A DNA stretch of 64,000 nt from Rhabdothermincola salaria (GCF_021246445.1 NZ_JAJQXW010000003.1:248001-312000), one strand, 5' to 3'. Shown: positions 49,403 through 58,894, counted from the first letter of the stretch. The notes: a model not told the origin generated them from the sequence alone. A program made the numbers and translations.

Positions 49403-50368
49403 CTAGCGCTTCTCGAGGGCCTCGAGGAGCGCCGGCAGCACCTTGTGCACGTCGCCCACGATGCCGAGGTCGCTGATCCCGAAGATGGGGGCCTCGGCAT
49501 CCTTGTTGATGGCGATGATGTTCTTGGAGCCCTTCATGCCGACCATGTGCTGGGTGGCACCGGAGATGCCGGCGGCGATGTAGACGTCGGGCTTGACGAC
49601 CTTGCCGGTCTGGCCGACCTGGTAGCTGTAGGGCACCCAACCGGCGTCGACGATGGCGCGGGAGGCACCGGGGGCACCCTTGAGGTCCTTGGCCAGCCGC
49701 TCGATCATCTCGTACTTCTCGGCCTCACCGAGGCCACGACCGCCGGCCACGACCACGGCCGCTTCGTCGAGCGACGGGCCGGAGCGCTCCTCGACGTGGC
49801 GGTTCACGATCTTGGCCCCTCCGCTCTTGCCTGCGTCGGGCACGGCGATGGTCTCGACCGCCGCCGCACCGCCGCCCGACGCCTCGGGGGCGAAGGACTT
49901 GGGGCGAACCAGCACGAGGAACGGGCCCTCGCCGCTGAAGGTGGTCTTGACGTTGGTCGAGCCACCGAAGACGGGCTCGGTGGTGACCAGGCTGGAGCCT
50001 TCGACGGCCACGTCGACGTTGTTGGTGATGACCGTGCGGTCGAGCTTGACCGACAGGCGCCCGGCGACATCGCGACCGACGTAGGTGGTGGGGAACAAGA
50101 TGGCGTTCGGCGCCTGGGCGCCGGCGGCGTCGGCGAGGGCGCCGGCCACCGGCACGCCCGGCAGGGCGTCGCCGAGGTCGCCGGTGGCGAGGACCTTGGC
50201 CGCGCCGTACTCGCCGAGGGTGCCGGCGATGGCGTCGGCGTCACCACCGGCGTACACGGCCTCGACGGTGTCGCCGAGCTCGCGGGCCTTGGTGAGCAGT
50301 TCGAGGGTGGTGGGGGTGACCTTGCCGTCAACGGCCTCGGCGAACACCCAGATCTTGGAAAGCGTCAT
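49403..50368 (-). CDS. etfA: Electron transfer flavoprotein alpha subunit
   Basis: [37 protein letters not shown]. Confidence 0.95.
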   Translation of the reverse strand: MTLSKIWVFAEAVDGKVTPTTLELLTKARELGDTVEAVYAGGDADAIAGTLGEYGAAKVLATGDLGDALPGVPVAGALADAAGAQAPNAILFPTTYVGRDVAGRLSVKLDRTVITNNVDVAVEGSSLVTTEPVFGGSTNVKTTFSGEGPFLVLVRPKSFAPEASGGGAAAVETIAVPDAGKSGGAKIVNRHVEERSGPSLDEAAVVVAGGRGLGEAEKYEMIERLAKDLKGAPGASRAIVDAGWVPYSYQVGQTGKVVKPDVYIAAGISGATQHMVGMKGSKNIIAINKDAEAPIFGISDLGIVGDVHKVLPALLEALEKR

Positions 50369-50413
50369 GGCGAAAAGTTCTCCTAATCGTCCGTTGCCGG
50401 ACTGCGTGGGTGC

Positions 50414-51196
50414 TCAGATGACCTTGAGGTTCTCGAGGTAGGCGACGATCTTCTCGAAGCCGGTGCCGTCGTCCTCGATGATCTCGCCGGCCTCGCGGGC
50501 GGGCGCCTCTTCGATGGCGACGATCTCCTGGCCGGCGCCGGCCCAGCCGATCGACGCGGCGTCGAGACCGAGGTCGGCGACGGTGAGCGTGTCGACCGGC
50601 TTGGACTTGGCGGCCATGATCCCCTTGAAGGAGGGGTAGCGGGGCTCGACCACGCCGGCGGTCACCGACACCACGGCGGGCAGCGGGCACTCGACGTCGT
50701 CGTAGCCGTTGTCGGTCTGGCGCTGCACCTTGACGGTGCCGGCGTCGATCTCGATCTGCTTGGCGAAGGTCACCGACGGCAGGTCGAGCAGGGCGGCGAT
50801 CTGCTCGGGCACCGTGCCCGTGTAGCCGTCGCTCGACTCGGTGGCGGTGAGCACCAGGTCGGCGGCCTCGACCCGTTCGATGGCCTTGGCCAGCACCTTG
50901 GCGGTGCCGAGGGCGTCGGAGCCGGCGAGGGCCTCGTCGCTCACCAGGATGGCCTGGGCGGCTCCCATGGCCAGCGCCGTGCGCAGACCGCCGACCTCGC
51001 CGTTGGGGGCCATGGAGACGAGGGTGACCTCGCCGCCGCCGGCCGCGGTGACGAGCTGCAGGGCCATCTCGACACCGTACGAGTCGGACTCGTCGAGGAT
51101 GAGCTTGCCGTCCCGCTTGAGGGTCTTGGTGGTGGGATCCAGCGCACCCGGGTCGGCCGGGTCCGGGATCTGCTTGACGCACACGACGACGTTCAT
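50414..51196 (-). CDS. etfB: Electron transfer flavoprotein beta subunit
   Basis: MNVVVCVKQIPD, ALAMGA, EPRYPSFKGIMAAKSK. Confidence 0.95.
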   Translation of the reverse strand: MNVVVCVKQIPDPADPGALDPTTKTLKRDGKLILDESDSYGVEMALQLVTAAGGGEVTLVSMAPNGEVGGLRTALAMGAAQAILVSDEALAGSDALGTAKVLAKAIERVEAADLVLTATESSDGYTGTVPEQIAALLDLPSVTFAKQIEIDAGTVKVQRQTDNGYDDVECPLPAVVSVTAGVVEPRYPSFKGIMAAKSKPVDTLTVADLGLDAASIGWAGAGQEIVAIEEAPAREAGEIIEDDGTGFEKIVAYLENLKVI

Positions 51197-51355
51197 CCCG
51201 AGATTCTGCGCCGATCGGGGGCCGAGGGCCAAATTCCGCGACCGATCCGCCCCTGGTCGGCCCGCTCGGCCGACCAGGGAAGTGACCGACGGGTAACCGC
51301 TCTCGCCCGGCACCTCCCCCACCTGGAGCGGCAGGCGAGTACCGTCGCCGGCGCC

Positions 51356-52288
51356 GTGAGAGTCCTCCTCGTCGTGAACTCCAGCGCATCGTCGGTCACC
51401 GCTCGCGGGCGCGTGGTGATCGCCAAGGCGCTCTCCGCCGACCACCAGGTGACGGTGGCCGAGACGGCTCGCCGGGGCCATGCCACCCGGTTGGCGCGGG
51501 GTGCGGCCACCGACGGGGTCGACGTGGTCGTCGTCCTCGGCGGGGACGGCACCCTCAACGAGGCGGCCAACGGCCTGGCCGGCACCGACACCGCGCTGGC
51601 GGCGCTGCCCGGCGGCTCCACCAACGTGTTCGCCCGCACCCTCGGCCTGCCCGACGACCCCATCGAGGCCACGGGCTGGCTCCTCGACGCCCTCGCCCAC
51701 CGCTCCATACGGCGGGTGGGCCTGGGCTCGGTCAACGGCCGTTACTTCCTCTTCCACGTCGGCGTCGGCTTCGACGCCGCCGTCGTGGCCGAGGTCGAAC
51801 GCCGGGGCTCGCTCAAGCGCTGGGCCAGCCACGTCCTGTTCGGCTGGGCCGCCGTGCAGACCTGGCGACGCCACTACGACCGCAGTCGACCGCGGTTCGC
51901 GGTGCGGGTCACCGACGGCCCGGTGGTCGACGACGGGCTGTTCACCATCTGCCTGAACACGAACCCCTACACCTACGTCGGAACCAGACCCTTCGACGTG
52001 GCGCCCGAGGCGAACCTCGACCGGGCCCTGTCGCTGGTGACGCTCCGCTCGCTCGACCCCGTGCCGTTGCTGCGCATCGCCGCGTCGGCCATCGGCTCGG
52101 GACGCCACCTGCGGCGGTCCCGCCACGTGGCCCACGCCGCCGACGTCCACGACGCCGAGGTGGTCGGCTACGGACCGTTCCCCTACCAGGTCGACGGCGA
52201 CTACCTCGGCGAGATCGACCACCTGGTGCTGCGCCACGAGCCCGAGGTGATGGACCTTGTCGTCCCCCGGGCCACCCGGCGACCCTGA
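51356..52288 (+). CDS. Diacylglycerol/lipid kinase-family protein (Rv3218-like)
   Basis: LVVNS, GGDGTLNE, PGGSTNVFAR, YQVDGD. Confidence 0.9.
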   Translation: MRVLLVVNSSASSVTARGRVVIAKALSADHQVTVAETARRGHATRLARGAATDGVDVVVVLGGDGTLNEAANGLAGTDTALAALPGGSTNVFARTLGLPDDPIEATGWLLDALAHRSIRRVGLGSVNGRYFLFHVGVGFDAAVVAEVERRGSLKRWASHVLFGWAAVQTWRRHYDRSRPRFAVRVTDGPVVDDGLFTICLNTNPYTYVGTRPFDVAPEANLDRALSLVTLRSLDPVPLLRIAASAIGSGRHLRRSRHVAHAADVHDAEVVGYGPFPYQVDGDYLGEIDHLVLRHEPEVMDLVVPRATRRP

Positions 52289-52306
52289 CCCGGCCGCACG
52301 GTCGGC

Positions 52307-52999
52307 TCAGCGGACGGCGTCGACCACGCCGCGGGCCACGTCGGGCACGTTGGTGATGATCCCGTCCACCCCCATGGCGACGAGGTCCCGCATCCGCTCG
52401 GGGTCGTCGACGGTCCATGGGTGCACGACGATGCCGGCGGCGTGGGCCCGCGTGACCAGCTCCGGGGTGACGAACGGGTCCCAGGGGTTGATCGAGCGGT
52501 GGCCGCCGGCCACGGCCTGCGCCACGGGATCCGGCCCGGTGCCGAAGTCGAACACCAACAGCCCGGTGGGCAGGGAAGGCGACAGCTCGGCCACCTGCGC
52601 CGCAGCGGTCCAGTCGAAGCTGGTGACGAGGAATCGCTCGGGCTCGTCGAGCTCGTCGAGCGCCGCCACCGTGGCCCGGACCAGGTGCTCCTGGCGCGCC
52701 GTGGCGGCGACGGGCGCGTCGACCTTGATCTCCACGTTGACCCCCATCCCCGCACAGGCGTCGAGGGCGTCGGCCAGGGTGGGCACCCACTCGGGGAGGT
52801 CGGCCGATTCGGTCTCGGCGACCAGCCCGCCGCCGGGTACCCGGTCGTCGTGGTGCACCACGAGGCTCCCGTCGGCCGCCGGGCGCACATCGAGCTCGAC
52901 CCAGTCCGCACCGAGGGCGCGGGCGGCGCGGAAGGCAGCCACCGTGTTGCCGGGCGGGTGGGCGCTCGAGGCACCACGGTGAGCGATGACGAGGGTCAT
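52307..52999 (-). CDS. Glycerophosphodiester phosphodiesterase
   Basis: IAHRGAS, VELDV, VVHHD, NVEIK, WTVDD, VDGIITN. Confidence 0.9.
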   Translation of the reverse strand: MTLVIAHRGASSAHPPGNTVAAFRAARALGADWVELDVRPAADGSLVVHHDDRVPGGGLVAETESADLPEWVPTLADALDACAGMGVNVEIKVDAPVAATARQEHLVRATVAALDELDEPERFLVTSFDWTAAAQVAELSPSLPTGLLVFDFGTGPDPVAQAVAGGHRSINPWDPFVTPELVTRAHAAGIVVHPWTVDDPERMRDLVAMGVDGIITNVPDVARGVVDAVR

Positions 53000-53106
53000 G
53001 GCCGTGACCCTACGTGGCCGCGCGTCGTGGGGTCCCCGCCCGCGCCGCGTCGACGGCGACGCGGCGTCCGACGCCCGTGCGCAGCGTCGCCGCGGGGCGG
53101 TCGGGT

Positions 53107-53277
53107 GAGACGTTCGTCACGTTGCGGCCGAGCGATCGCAGTGTGCACGGGGAATGGCGGGGAGGTGACCGTGATGTGACCGAACAGACCCTTGCCACGG
53201 CCCCGGCCCGCCGGTACCGTGCGTCCGTCCCAGCCACACGCATGCGTCTTGCGCGGTGGCATGTGAACAGCTTCACG
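53107..53277 (+). promoter_or_regulatory. whiB1 promoter region with CRP-like, GlnR/MtrA-like and Rex-like sites
   Basis: GAGA-N6-TCAC 53107-53120; GTGAC-N6-GTGAC 53165-53180; -35 TTGCCA 53192, 17 nt, -10 TACCGT 53215; TGTGAA-CAGC-TTCACG 53262-53277. Confidence 0.55.
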
Positions 53278-53328
53278 ATCCTCTCGTCTCACCCCCCGAC
53301 GATCGTGAGCCCGATCAGTGGAGGCACC

Positions 53329-53625
53329 GTGGCCCTCACCACGTCCCGCTCTTTGTCCCTGTCCGCCGCGTCCGACGAATGGCGTGCCCAGTCCGCCTGC
53401 CGTGACACCGACCCCGATCTGTTCTTCCCGGTCGGCACCACCGGCCCCGCCATCGAGCAGATCGAGAACGCCAAGGCGGTCTGCGACGAGTGCGAGGCCA
53501 AGCAGCCGTGCCTCGAGTTCGCCCTCACCACCAACCAGGACTCGGGCATCTGGGGCGGCACCTCCGAGGAGGAGCGCCGCAAGCTGCGCCGCCAGTGGTT
53601 GGCCGCCCGCCGCCGGGCCTCCTGA
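53329..53625 (+). CDS. whiB1: WhiB1/WblE-like Fe-S transcription factor
   Basis: GGAGG RBS; ACRDTDPDLFFPVGTTGPA...AKAVCDEC...CLEFAL...GIWGGTSEEERR; convergent with pdtaS as in mycobacteria. Confidence 0.9.
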   Translation: MALTTSRSLSLSAASDEWRAQSACRDTDPDLFFPVGTTGPAIEQIENAKAVCDECEAKQPCLEFALTTNQDSGIWGGTSEEERRKLRRQWLAARRRAS

Positions 53626-53670
53626 GCGAACGACCCACCGCTCCGGCCCCACCGGGGCTCGACCGCACCC

Positions 53671-53699
53671 ACGATGGCCTCCTCCGCGGAGGCCATCGT
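53671..53699. terminator. Hairpin between whiB1 and pdtaS
   Basis: ACGATGGCCTCC-tccgc-GGAGGCCATCGT. Confidence 0.7.
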
Positions 53700-53761
53700 C
53701 GCGTCCGGGGCCGGGGCCGGGGCACCGACCACCGGCGGCGGCACCACCCGAAGCCGGCCCT

Positions 53762-55261
53762 TCAGCCGTTGACGGGCACGACGAGGGTCACGACCGTGCC
53801 CGGACGAGGCGGCGGCCCCTCGCCCGCGTGGAACTCGATGGAACCGGCGAGCTCGGTGGTCACGAGGGTGCGCACGATCGAGAGCCCCAGACCGGTGCTG
53901 GCATCGAGGCTGAACCCCGGAGGCGTGCCCACCCCGTCGTCGATCACCGAGACCGAGAGCCGGTGGCCGTCGTTGGCCAGCTCGACCACCACGTCGGCCG
54001 CCCCTTCGATGCCGTCGGGGTAGGCGTGGTCCACCACGTTCTGGAGCAACTCGGTCACCACCACGGCCATCGGCGTGGCGATGGTGGCCGGCAGGTTGCC
54101 CGCCTCCCCCCGGATCGAGAACCGGATGGGGCGCTCCGGCGAGATGAGCCCCTCCTCGACCATGCGCACCAGCGGGCGCACGATCTCGAGGAAGGCCACG
54201 TCGTCGCCGGACTCGTGCGAGAGGGTCTCGTGCACCAAGGCGATGGAACGGATGCGCCGCACCGACTCCTCGACGGCGGCCTTGGCCTCGGTGGAAGCCA
54301 GGCGGCGCCCCTGCAGGCGCAACAACGACGAGATCGTCTGCAGGTTGTTCTTCACCCGGTGGTGGATCTCGCGGATCGTGGCGTCCTTGCTCAACAGCAG
54401 GCGATCGCGGCGGCGCAGCTCGGAGATGTCGCGCAACAACACGAGGGCACCGCTCACGATCCCCTTCTCGACCAGAGGGATGAAGCGCATCAACACGGTG
54501 ATCTCCTGGCCGTGCTCGATCTCCTCGGTGGCTGGTCGGGCCTGGGTGTACGCGGTGCGCACGGCTGTCTCGGGCAGACCCAGCTCGCCCAACCGCATGC
54601 CCTCGGAGTTGGCGTGCACGCCCACGCGGTGCAACGCCGACACCCCGTTGGGTGACGCGTAGGCCACCCGCATGGCGTCGTCGAGCAGGATCACACCGTC
54701 GCCGACGCGCGGCGCCTCCTCGGTCGGGCCGATCTCCCCGGCGAACGGGAACTCCCCCGACGAGATCATGCGGGCGAACCGGTGGAAGACCTCGACATAG
54801 GTGCGCTCGAGCTCACCGGGCTGGCGTCCCACGGTGGGGGTGGACTCCTTGGTGAGCACCCCGATGGTGCGGCCCCGGAAGGTCACCGGGATGCACAGCT
54901 CTCGCACCGGCTCGCGCCGCACGTCGCCGAGCGTCTCGCCCTCCATGATGGTGCCCGCCGCCAGGCACCGGGCCACGAACGGTCGCTCGTCGGCGTCGAC
55001 GATGCGACCCACCCAGTCCTGCAGGAAGAGGGTCTGGCTGGTCGTGGGTCGGATCTGGCCGACCACCACCAGCGGCCGCTCCTCCACGGGCCCGGTGGCG
55101 CGAGCGCCGGTGTCGTCGACGTCGCTGCCCACGAAGAGCATCAGGTCGGCGAAGCAGAGGTCGGCGAGGAGGCCCCAGCTCGCCACGAGGCGCTGGAGGT
55201 GATCGATCTCGGGCAGGCCGAGGCGGGTGGTGGCTCGTGCGAGCTCGGCGAGGCTGGCCAT
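53762..55261 (-). CDS. pdtaS: PdtaS-like cytoplasmic sensor histidine kinase (GAF-PAS-HisKA_2)
   Basis: WGLLADLCFADL, APRVGDG, KDATIREIHHRVKNNLQ, DDGVG, GLGLSIV. Confidence 0.88.
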   Translation of the reverse strand: MASLAELARATTRLGLPEIDHLQRLVASWGLLADLCFADLMLFVGSDVDDTGARATGPVEERPLVVVGQIRPTTSQTLFLQDWVGRIVDADERPFVARCLAAGTIMEGETLGDVRREPVRELCIPVTFRGRTIGVLTKESTPTVGRQPGELERTYVEVFHRFARMISSGEFPFAGEIGPTEEAPRVGDGVILLDDAMRVAYASPNGVSALHRVGVHANSEGMRLGELGLPETAVRTAYTQARPATEEIEHGQEITVLMRFIPLVEKGIVSGALVLLRDISELRRRDRLLLSKDATIREIHHRVKNNLQTISSLLRLQGRRLASTEAKAAVEESVRRIRSIALVHETLSHESGDDVAFLEIVRPLVRMVEEGLISPERPIRFSIRGEAGNLPATIATPMAVVVTELLQNVVDHAYPDGIEGAADVVVELANDGHRLSVSVIDDGVGTPPGFSLDASTGLGLSIVRTLVTTELAGSIEFHAGEGPPPRPGTVVTLVVPVNG

Positions 55262-55280
55262 GGTGCGTCGACCCCGGTGG

Positions 55281-56456
55281 CTACCAGATGCGCCGGCCGA
55301 GGGCCAACAGGCCTTCGAGGTCGGCGACGTCGTGGTCGAGGTAGGGCGCCGACACGACGACGCCGGCGTGGCGACCGAGCTCGGCGGCCTGCTCCCGCTC
55401 GCGGGTGGCCACGATGCGGTAGTCGAGGAAGCTCTGACCGATCTCGCGGAGGACCCGGGCGACCTGCTCGGGCTCACCCACGTCCGGTGCCGTGGCGGTC
55501 AGGGCGGCGGCCGCCGTGTCGGGCTCGTTCGTCAGCCGGGTGGCCACCTCGCACGCAGCATCGTCGCCGAACCAGTCCGGGAGGACCTTGTTGAGGACGA
55601 GCGCGCCGAGGGCCAGCTCGCGGCGACGCAGCTCGGTCATGAAGAACTGCGCCTCACGCACCGGCCCCTCCTCGAGGGTGGACACCACCACGAAGCTGGT
55701 GCGCCGGTCCGAGAGGGTGCGGGTGACGGCATCGGCCCGCTCGACGAAGCCGTCGTACATCGTCTGGAACAGCACGAAGAACTCGGCGATGTCGGCGAGG
55801 AACTGCGAACCGAGGATGCGGTCGGCGATGGTGTAGAAGGGCTTGGAGGCCGCGCTCACCAGGCGGGATCGGGCCGGGGTGATGAGCCACCGCAACAGGC
55901 GCGACGAGAAGAACTCGGCCATGCGCTCGGGTGCCTCGAGGAAGTCGATGGCGTTGCGGGTGGGCGGCGTGTCGACGACGATCAGGTCGTAACGGCCGGA
56001 GCGGTGGATCTCGTAGAGGCGCTCCATGGCGATGTAGTCGTGGCTCTGCACGAACTTGCCGGTGATGTTGCGGTAGAGGGGGTTGGCGAGGATGGCCTCG
56101 CGGGTCTCGGCGTCCGGAGCGTGGGCCCGCACCAGCTCGTCCCACGACTCCTTGGTGTCGAGCATGGCCGCCCACAGCTCCCCCTGGGGCTGCACGCCGG
56201 CGGCGGTGAACAGCTCGGGCGGCACCCGGGTCTCGACGTTGCCGAAGCGCTCGAGGCCGAGTGCGGTGGCCAGGCGACGGGCCGGGTCGACGGTGAGCAC
56301 CAGGACCTTGCCGCCGAGCTGCGCCGCGGCCATGGCCGCCACCGCGGCGGCCGTGGTGGTCTTGCCCACCCCGCCCGACCCGCAGGTGATGATGATCTCG
56401 CGGGTGGCCAGGAGCTGGTGGAGCCCCGAAGGGGCCGGGGGTGCGGGTGCGGCCAT
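55281..56456 (-). CDS. ArsA/Get3-family ATPase (Rv3680/BagB-like)
   Basis: GSGGVGKTT, LTVDPARRLA, YIAMERL, DTPPTRNA. Confidence 0.87.
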   Translation of the reverse strand: MAAPAPPAPSGLHQLLATREIIITCGSGGVGKTTTAAAVAAMAAAQLGGKVLVLTVDPARRLATALGLERFGNVETRVPPELFTAAGVQPQGELWAAMLDTKESWDELVRAHAPDAETREAILANPLYRNITGKFVQSHDYIAMERLYEIHRSGRYDLIVVDTPPTRNAIDFLEAPERMAEFFSSRLLRWLITPARSRLVSAASKPFYTIADRILGSQFLADIAEFFVLFQTMYDGFVERADAVTRTLSDRRTSFVVVSTLEEGPVREAQFFMTELRRRELALGALVLNKVLPDWFGDDAACEVATRLTNEPDTAAAALTATAPDVGEPEQVARVLREIGQSFLDYRIVATREREQAAELGRHAGVVVSAPYLDHDVADLEGLLALGRRIW

Positions 56457-56462
56457 GACCGG

Positions 56463-57425
56463 TCAGTACCCGAGCTCGGCGCCGAGGGCGTCGGCGATGT
56501 TGTGGGTGGCCCGCACCCCGTGGGAACGGGTGAACAGGTACGGCACGTACAGCAACGGCATGTCGGTGGGGAGCTGGGTGCGCAGCCGGGTGATGTGCTC
56601 GGCGCGGGTGCGACGCAGCGTCACGGCCAGCCGGGCGCCGTCGAGCACCGGTGCCACCCGGCCTCCCGCGGCGGCGGCCAGCGGGTCGGCGAGCGCGGGG
56701 CCGCACAGCCGGTCGAAGACCTCCTGCTCACCCCGCCCGAACAGCTCGGGCAACACCTTGTTGACCACCACGGCGGCCAGCGGCACCTGGGTCTCGGCCT
56801 CGAGGCGGTCGACCAGCTCGAGGGTCTCGGTGACCGGCATCTCCTCGGGGGTGGCCACCACCACCGCGCCGGTGATGGCCGGGTCCGAGAGCAGGTCGAG
56901 CATCCACCGGGTCTGGTCGCGGACCCTGCCGACCTTCACCAGGTCGTTGATCGCCTCGGGGGCGGCCAGTTGGCCCACGACGTGGCCGGTGGCGGACGCG
57001 TCCACCACCACCAGGTCGTAGTGGCGCTCCTTGACCTCCCACGCGATCTTGCCGACGGTGAGGATCTCCTTCACGCCCGGAGCCGCGGTCGCCACGAAGT
57101 CCAGCGACTTGGCCAGGGGCCCGATGCGGGCCAGCAGCGGGATGCGCAGCTGGAGCTTCAGGTACTCCTTCAGCGACTCCTCGGTGTCCATCGCCATGGC
57201 GAACAGGTTCGGGGCGATCTCGCGGGGCTCGAAGGCCAGCGGCCCCGTCTCGAAGACGTCGTTGAGCGCCCCCTTGGCGTCGATCTCCACCAGCAGGGTG
57301 CGCTGTCCCCGGCTCGAGGCCAACAGCCCGAGGGCCGCCGCCACGCTGGTCTTGCCCACCCCACCTTTGCCGGTGACGAAGACGAGCCGGCGCTCGAGCA
57401 GTTCGAGCCGGGGAGGGCGCTCCAT
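56463..57425 (-). CDS. ArsA/Get3-family ATPase (Rv3679/BagA-like)
   Basis: TGKGGVGKTS, APGVKEIL, DASATGH, PEEMPVTET. Confidence 0.87.
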   Translation of the reverse strand: MERPPRLELLERRLVFVTGKGGVGKTSVAAALGLLASSRGQRTLLVEIDAKGALNDVFETGPLAFEPREIAPNLFAMAMDTEESLKEYLKLQLRIPLLARIGPLAKSLDFVATAAPGVKEILTVGKIAWEVKERHYDLVVVDASATGHVVGQLAAPEAINDLVKVGRVRDQTRWMLDLLSDPAITGAVVVATPEEMPVTETLELVDRLEAETQVPLAAVVVNKVLPELFGRGEQEVFDRLCGPALADPLAAAAGGRVAPVLDGARLAVTLRRTRAEHITRLRTQLPTDMPLLYVPYLFTRSHGVRATHNIADALGAELGY

Positions 57426-57441
57426 GACGGCGGTGGTGCCG

Positions 57442-57678
57442 TCAGCCGGCGCCGAAGCCGATGCGCCGCTCGCTGTCGGGGCTGCCGAGCTCCACGTAGG
57501 CGATCTTGGCGCTGGGCACGCAGACCTCGCGACCGTGGCGGTCGGTGAGCCACAGCACCCGGTCGTCGTCGGCCAGGGCGTGCTCGATCGAGCTTCGGAT
57601 CTGATGGCGATCGGCGTCGGCCGCGAGCTCGACGTCGATCTCCTTGGCGGTGTCGATCACACCGATGCGAACGTCCAC
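57442..57678 (-). CDS. DUF3107-family protein
   Basis: VDVRIGV...KEI...LWLTDRHGREVCVPSAKIAYVELG...RRIGFG. Confidence 0.85.
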   Translation of the reverse strand: MDVRIGVIDTAKEIDVELAADADRHQIRSSIEHALADDDRVLWLTDRHGREVCVPSAKIAYVELGSPDSERRIGFGAG

Positions 57679-57751
57679 GAAGGTCTCCTGCGCGTGAGTG
57701 AGGTGAGCGGCCAGCCTACGGCGGCCGCGAGCCACCGCCCGCCTCGGAGCT

Positions 57752-58894
57752 TCAGCCGAGCAGCTTGAGCCCCGGGTTGTAGCGCCGGGTGGGGGCCAGC
57801 TCGACGTCGATGTGCTCGGCGATGGCGGCGATGGCCTGCGACGCCTCGCACCCGGGATCGACGGCCATGATCGGCCGACCGGAGTCGGAGCCTTCGCGCA
57901 GCGCCTGGACCAGCGGCACCTGGCCGATGAGCGGAGCCTCGATGTGCTCGGCCAGGGCGGCGCCGCCGCCGGATCCGAACAGGTCGTAGCGCTTGCCGTC
58001 GTCACCGGTGAACCACGACATGTTCTCGATCACGCCCCGCACCTGCAGGTTGACCTTCTCGGCCATGAACGCCACCCGCTGGGCCACGCGCTGGGCGGCG
58101 GCCTGGGGGGTGGTGACCACGTACACCTCGGCGCGGGGGAGGAACTGCGACAACGACAGGGCGATGTCGCCGGTGCCCGGCGGCAGATCGATCAGCAGGT
58201 AGTCGGGGTCGTCCCAGAACACGTCGGTGAGGAACTGCTCGAGGGCCTTGTGCAACATGGGCCCGCGCCAGATGACCGGCTGGTCCTCCTCGACGAAGAA
58301 GCCCATGGAGATGCACCGCACGCCGTGGACCTCGGGTGGCACCAGCATCTCGTCGATGACCACCGGAGGGTGGTCGACCCCCAACATGCGAGGGATGGAG
58401 AACCCCCACACGTCGGCGTCGACCACCGCGACCTTGTGGCCCCGCTGGGCCAGGGCGATGCCCATGTTGGCGGTGAGCGACGACTTGCCCACCCCACCCT
58501 TGCCCGAGGCGATGAGCAGCACCCGGGTGGTGCTGGCCGGGTCGGCGAAGGGGATGGCGCGCCCCTCGGCGTGGCCGTGCGCGGCCTGGCTGCCGGCCGT
58601 GGACGCCGGATCACCGTGGAGCATCTGGCGGATGGCGGCGCGCTCGTCGTCGGTCATGACGGTGAAGTCGAGGTCGGTGCGGGCCACCCCGGGCAGGGCT
58701 TCCACGGCGGAGGAGACCCGGTTCTGGATCTCGTTGCGCAGCGGGCAGCCGGCCACCGTGAGCGCGATCTGCACCGCCACCACCTCGCCGTCGATCGCCA
58801 CGCCTCGCACCATGCCGAGGTCGACGATGCTGCGGTGCAGCTCGGGGTCCTCGACGGGGCGCAGGGCCTCGATGACGTCAGCTTCGGTGGGCAT
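57752..58894 (-). CDS. mrp: Mrp/ApbC/NBP35 Fe-S carrier ATPase with N-terminal FeS-assembly (DUF59) domain
   Basis: VEDPELHRSIVDLGMV, LTVAGCPL, ASGKGGVGKS, WRGPMLH, DLPPGTGD, IENMS. Confidence 0.92.
   Translation of the reverse strand: MPTEADVIEALRPVEDPELHRSIVDLGMVRGVAIDGEVVAVQIALTVAGCPLRNEIQNRVSSAVEALPGVARTDLDFTVMTDDERAAIRQMLHGDPASTAGSQAAHGHAEGRAIPFADPASTTRVLLIASGKGGVGKSSLTANMGIALAQRGHKVAVVDADVWGFSIPRMLGVDHPPVVIDEMLVPPEVHGVRCISMGFFVEEDQPVIWRGPMLHKALEQFLTDVFWDDPDYLLIDLPPGTGDIALSLSQFLPRAEVYVVTTPQAAAQRVAQRVAFMAEKVNLQVRGVIENMSWFTGDDGKRYDLFGSGGGAALAEHIEAPLIGQVPLVQALREGSDSGRPIMAVDPGCEASQAIAAIAEHIDVELAPTRRYNPGLKLLG

Noticed and set aside
55281..57425. Arsenic-resistance operon
   Set aside because: There is no arsB/acr3/arsC/arsD, and the two single-domain ATPases match the Rv3679/Rv3680 (Get3-like) pair.
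57985..58035. mrp pseudogene because the CxxC motif is missing
   Set aside because: The frame is intact with all ATPase motifs, and loss of this CxxC is seen in other actinobacterial Mrp proteins.
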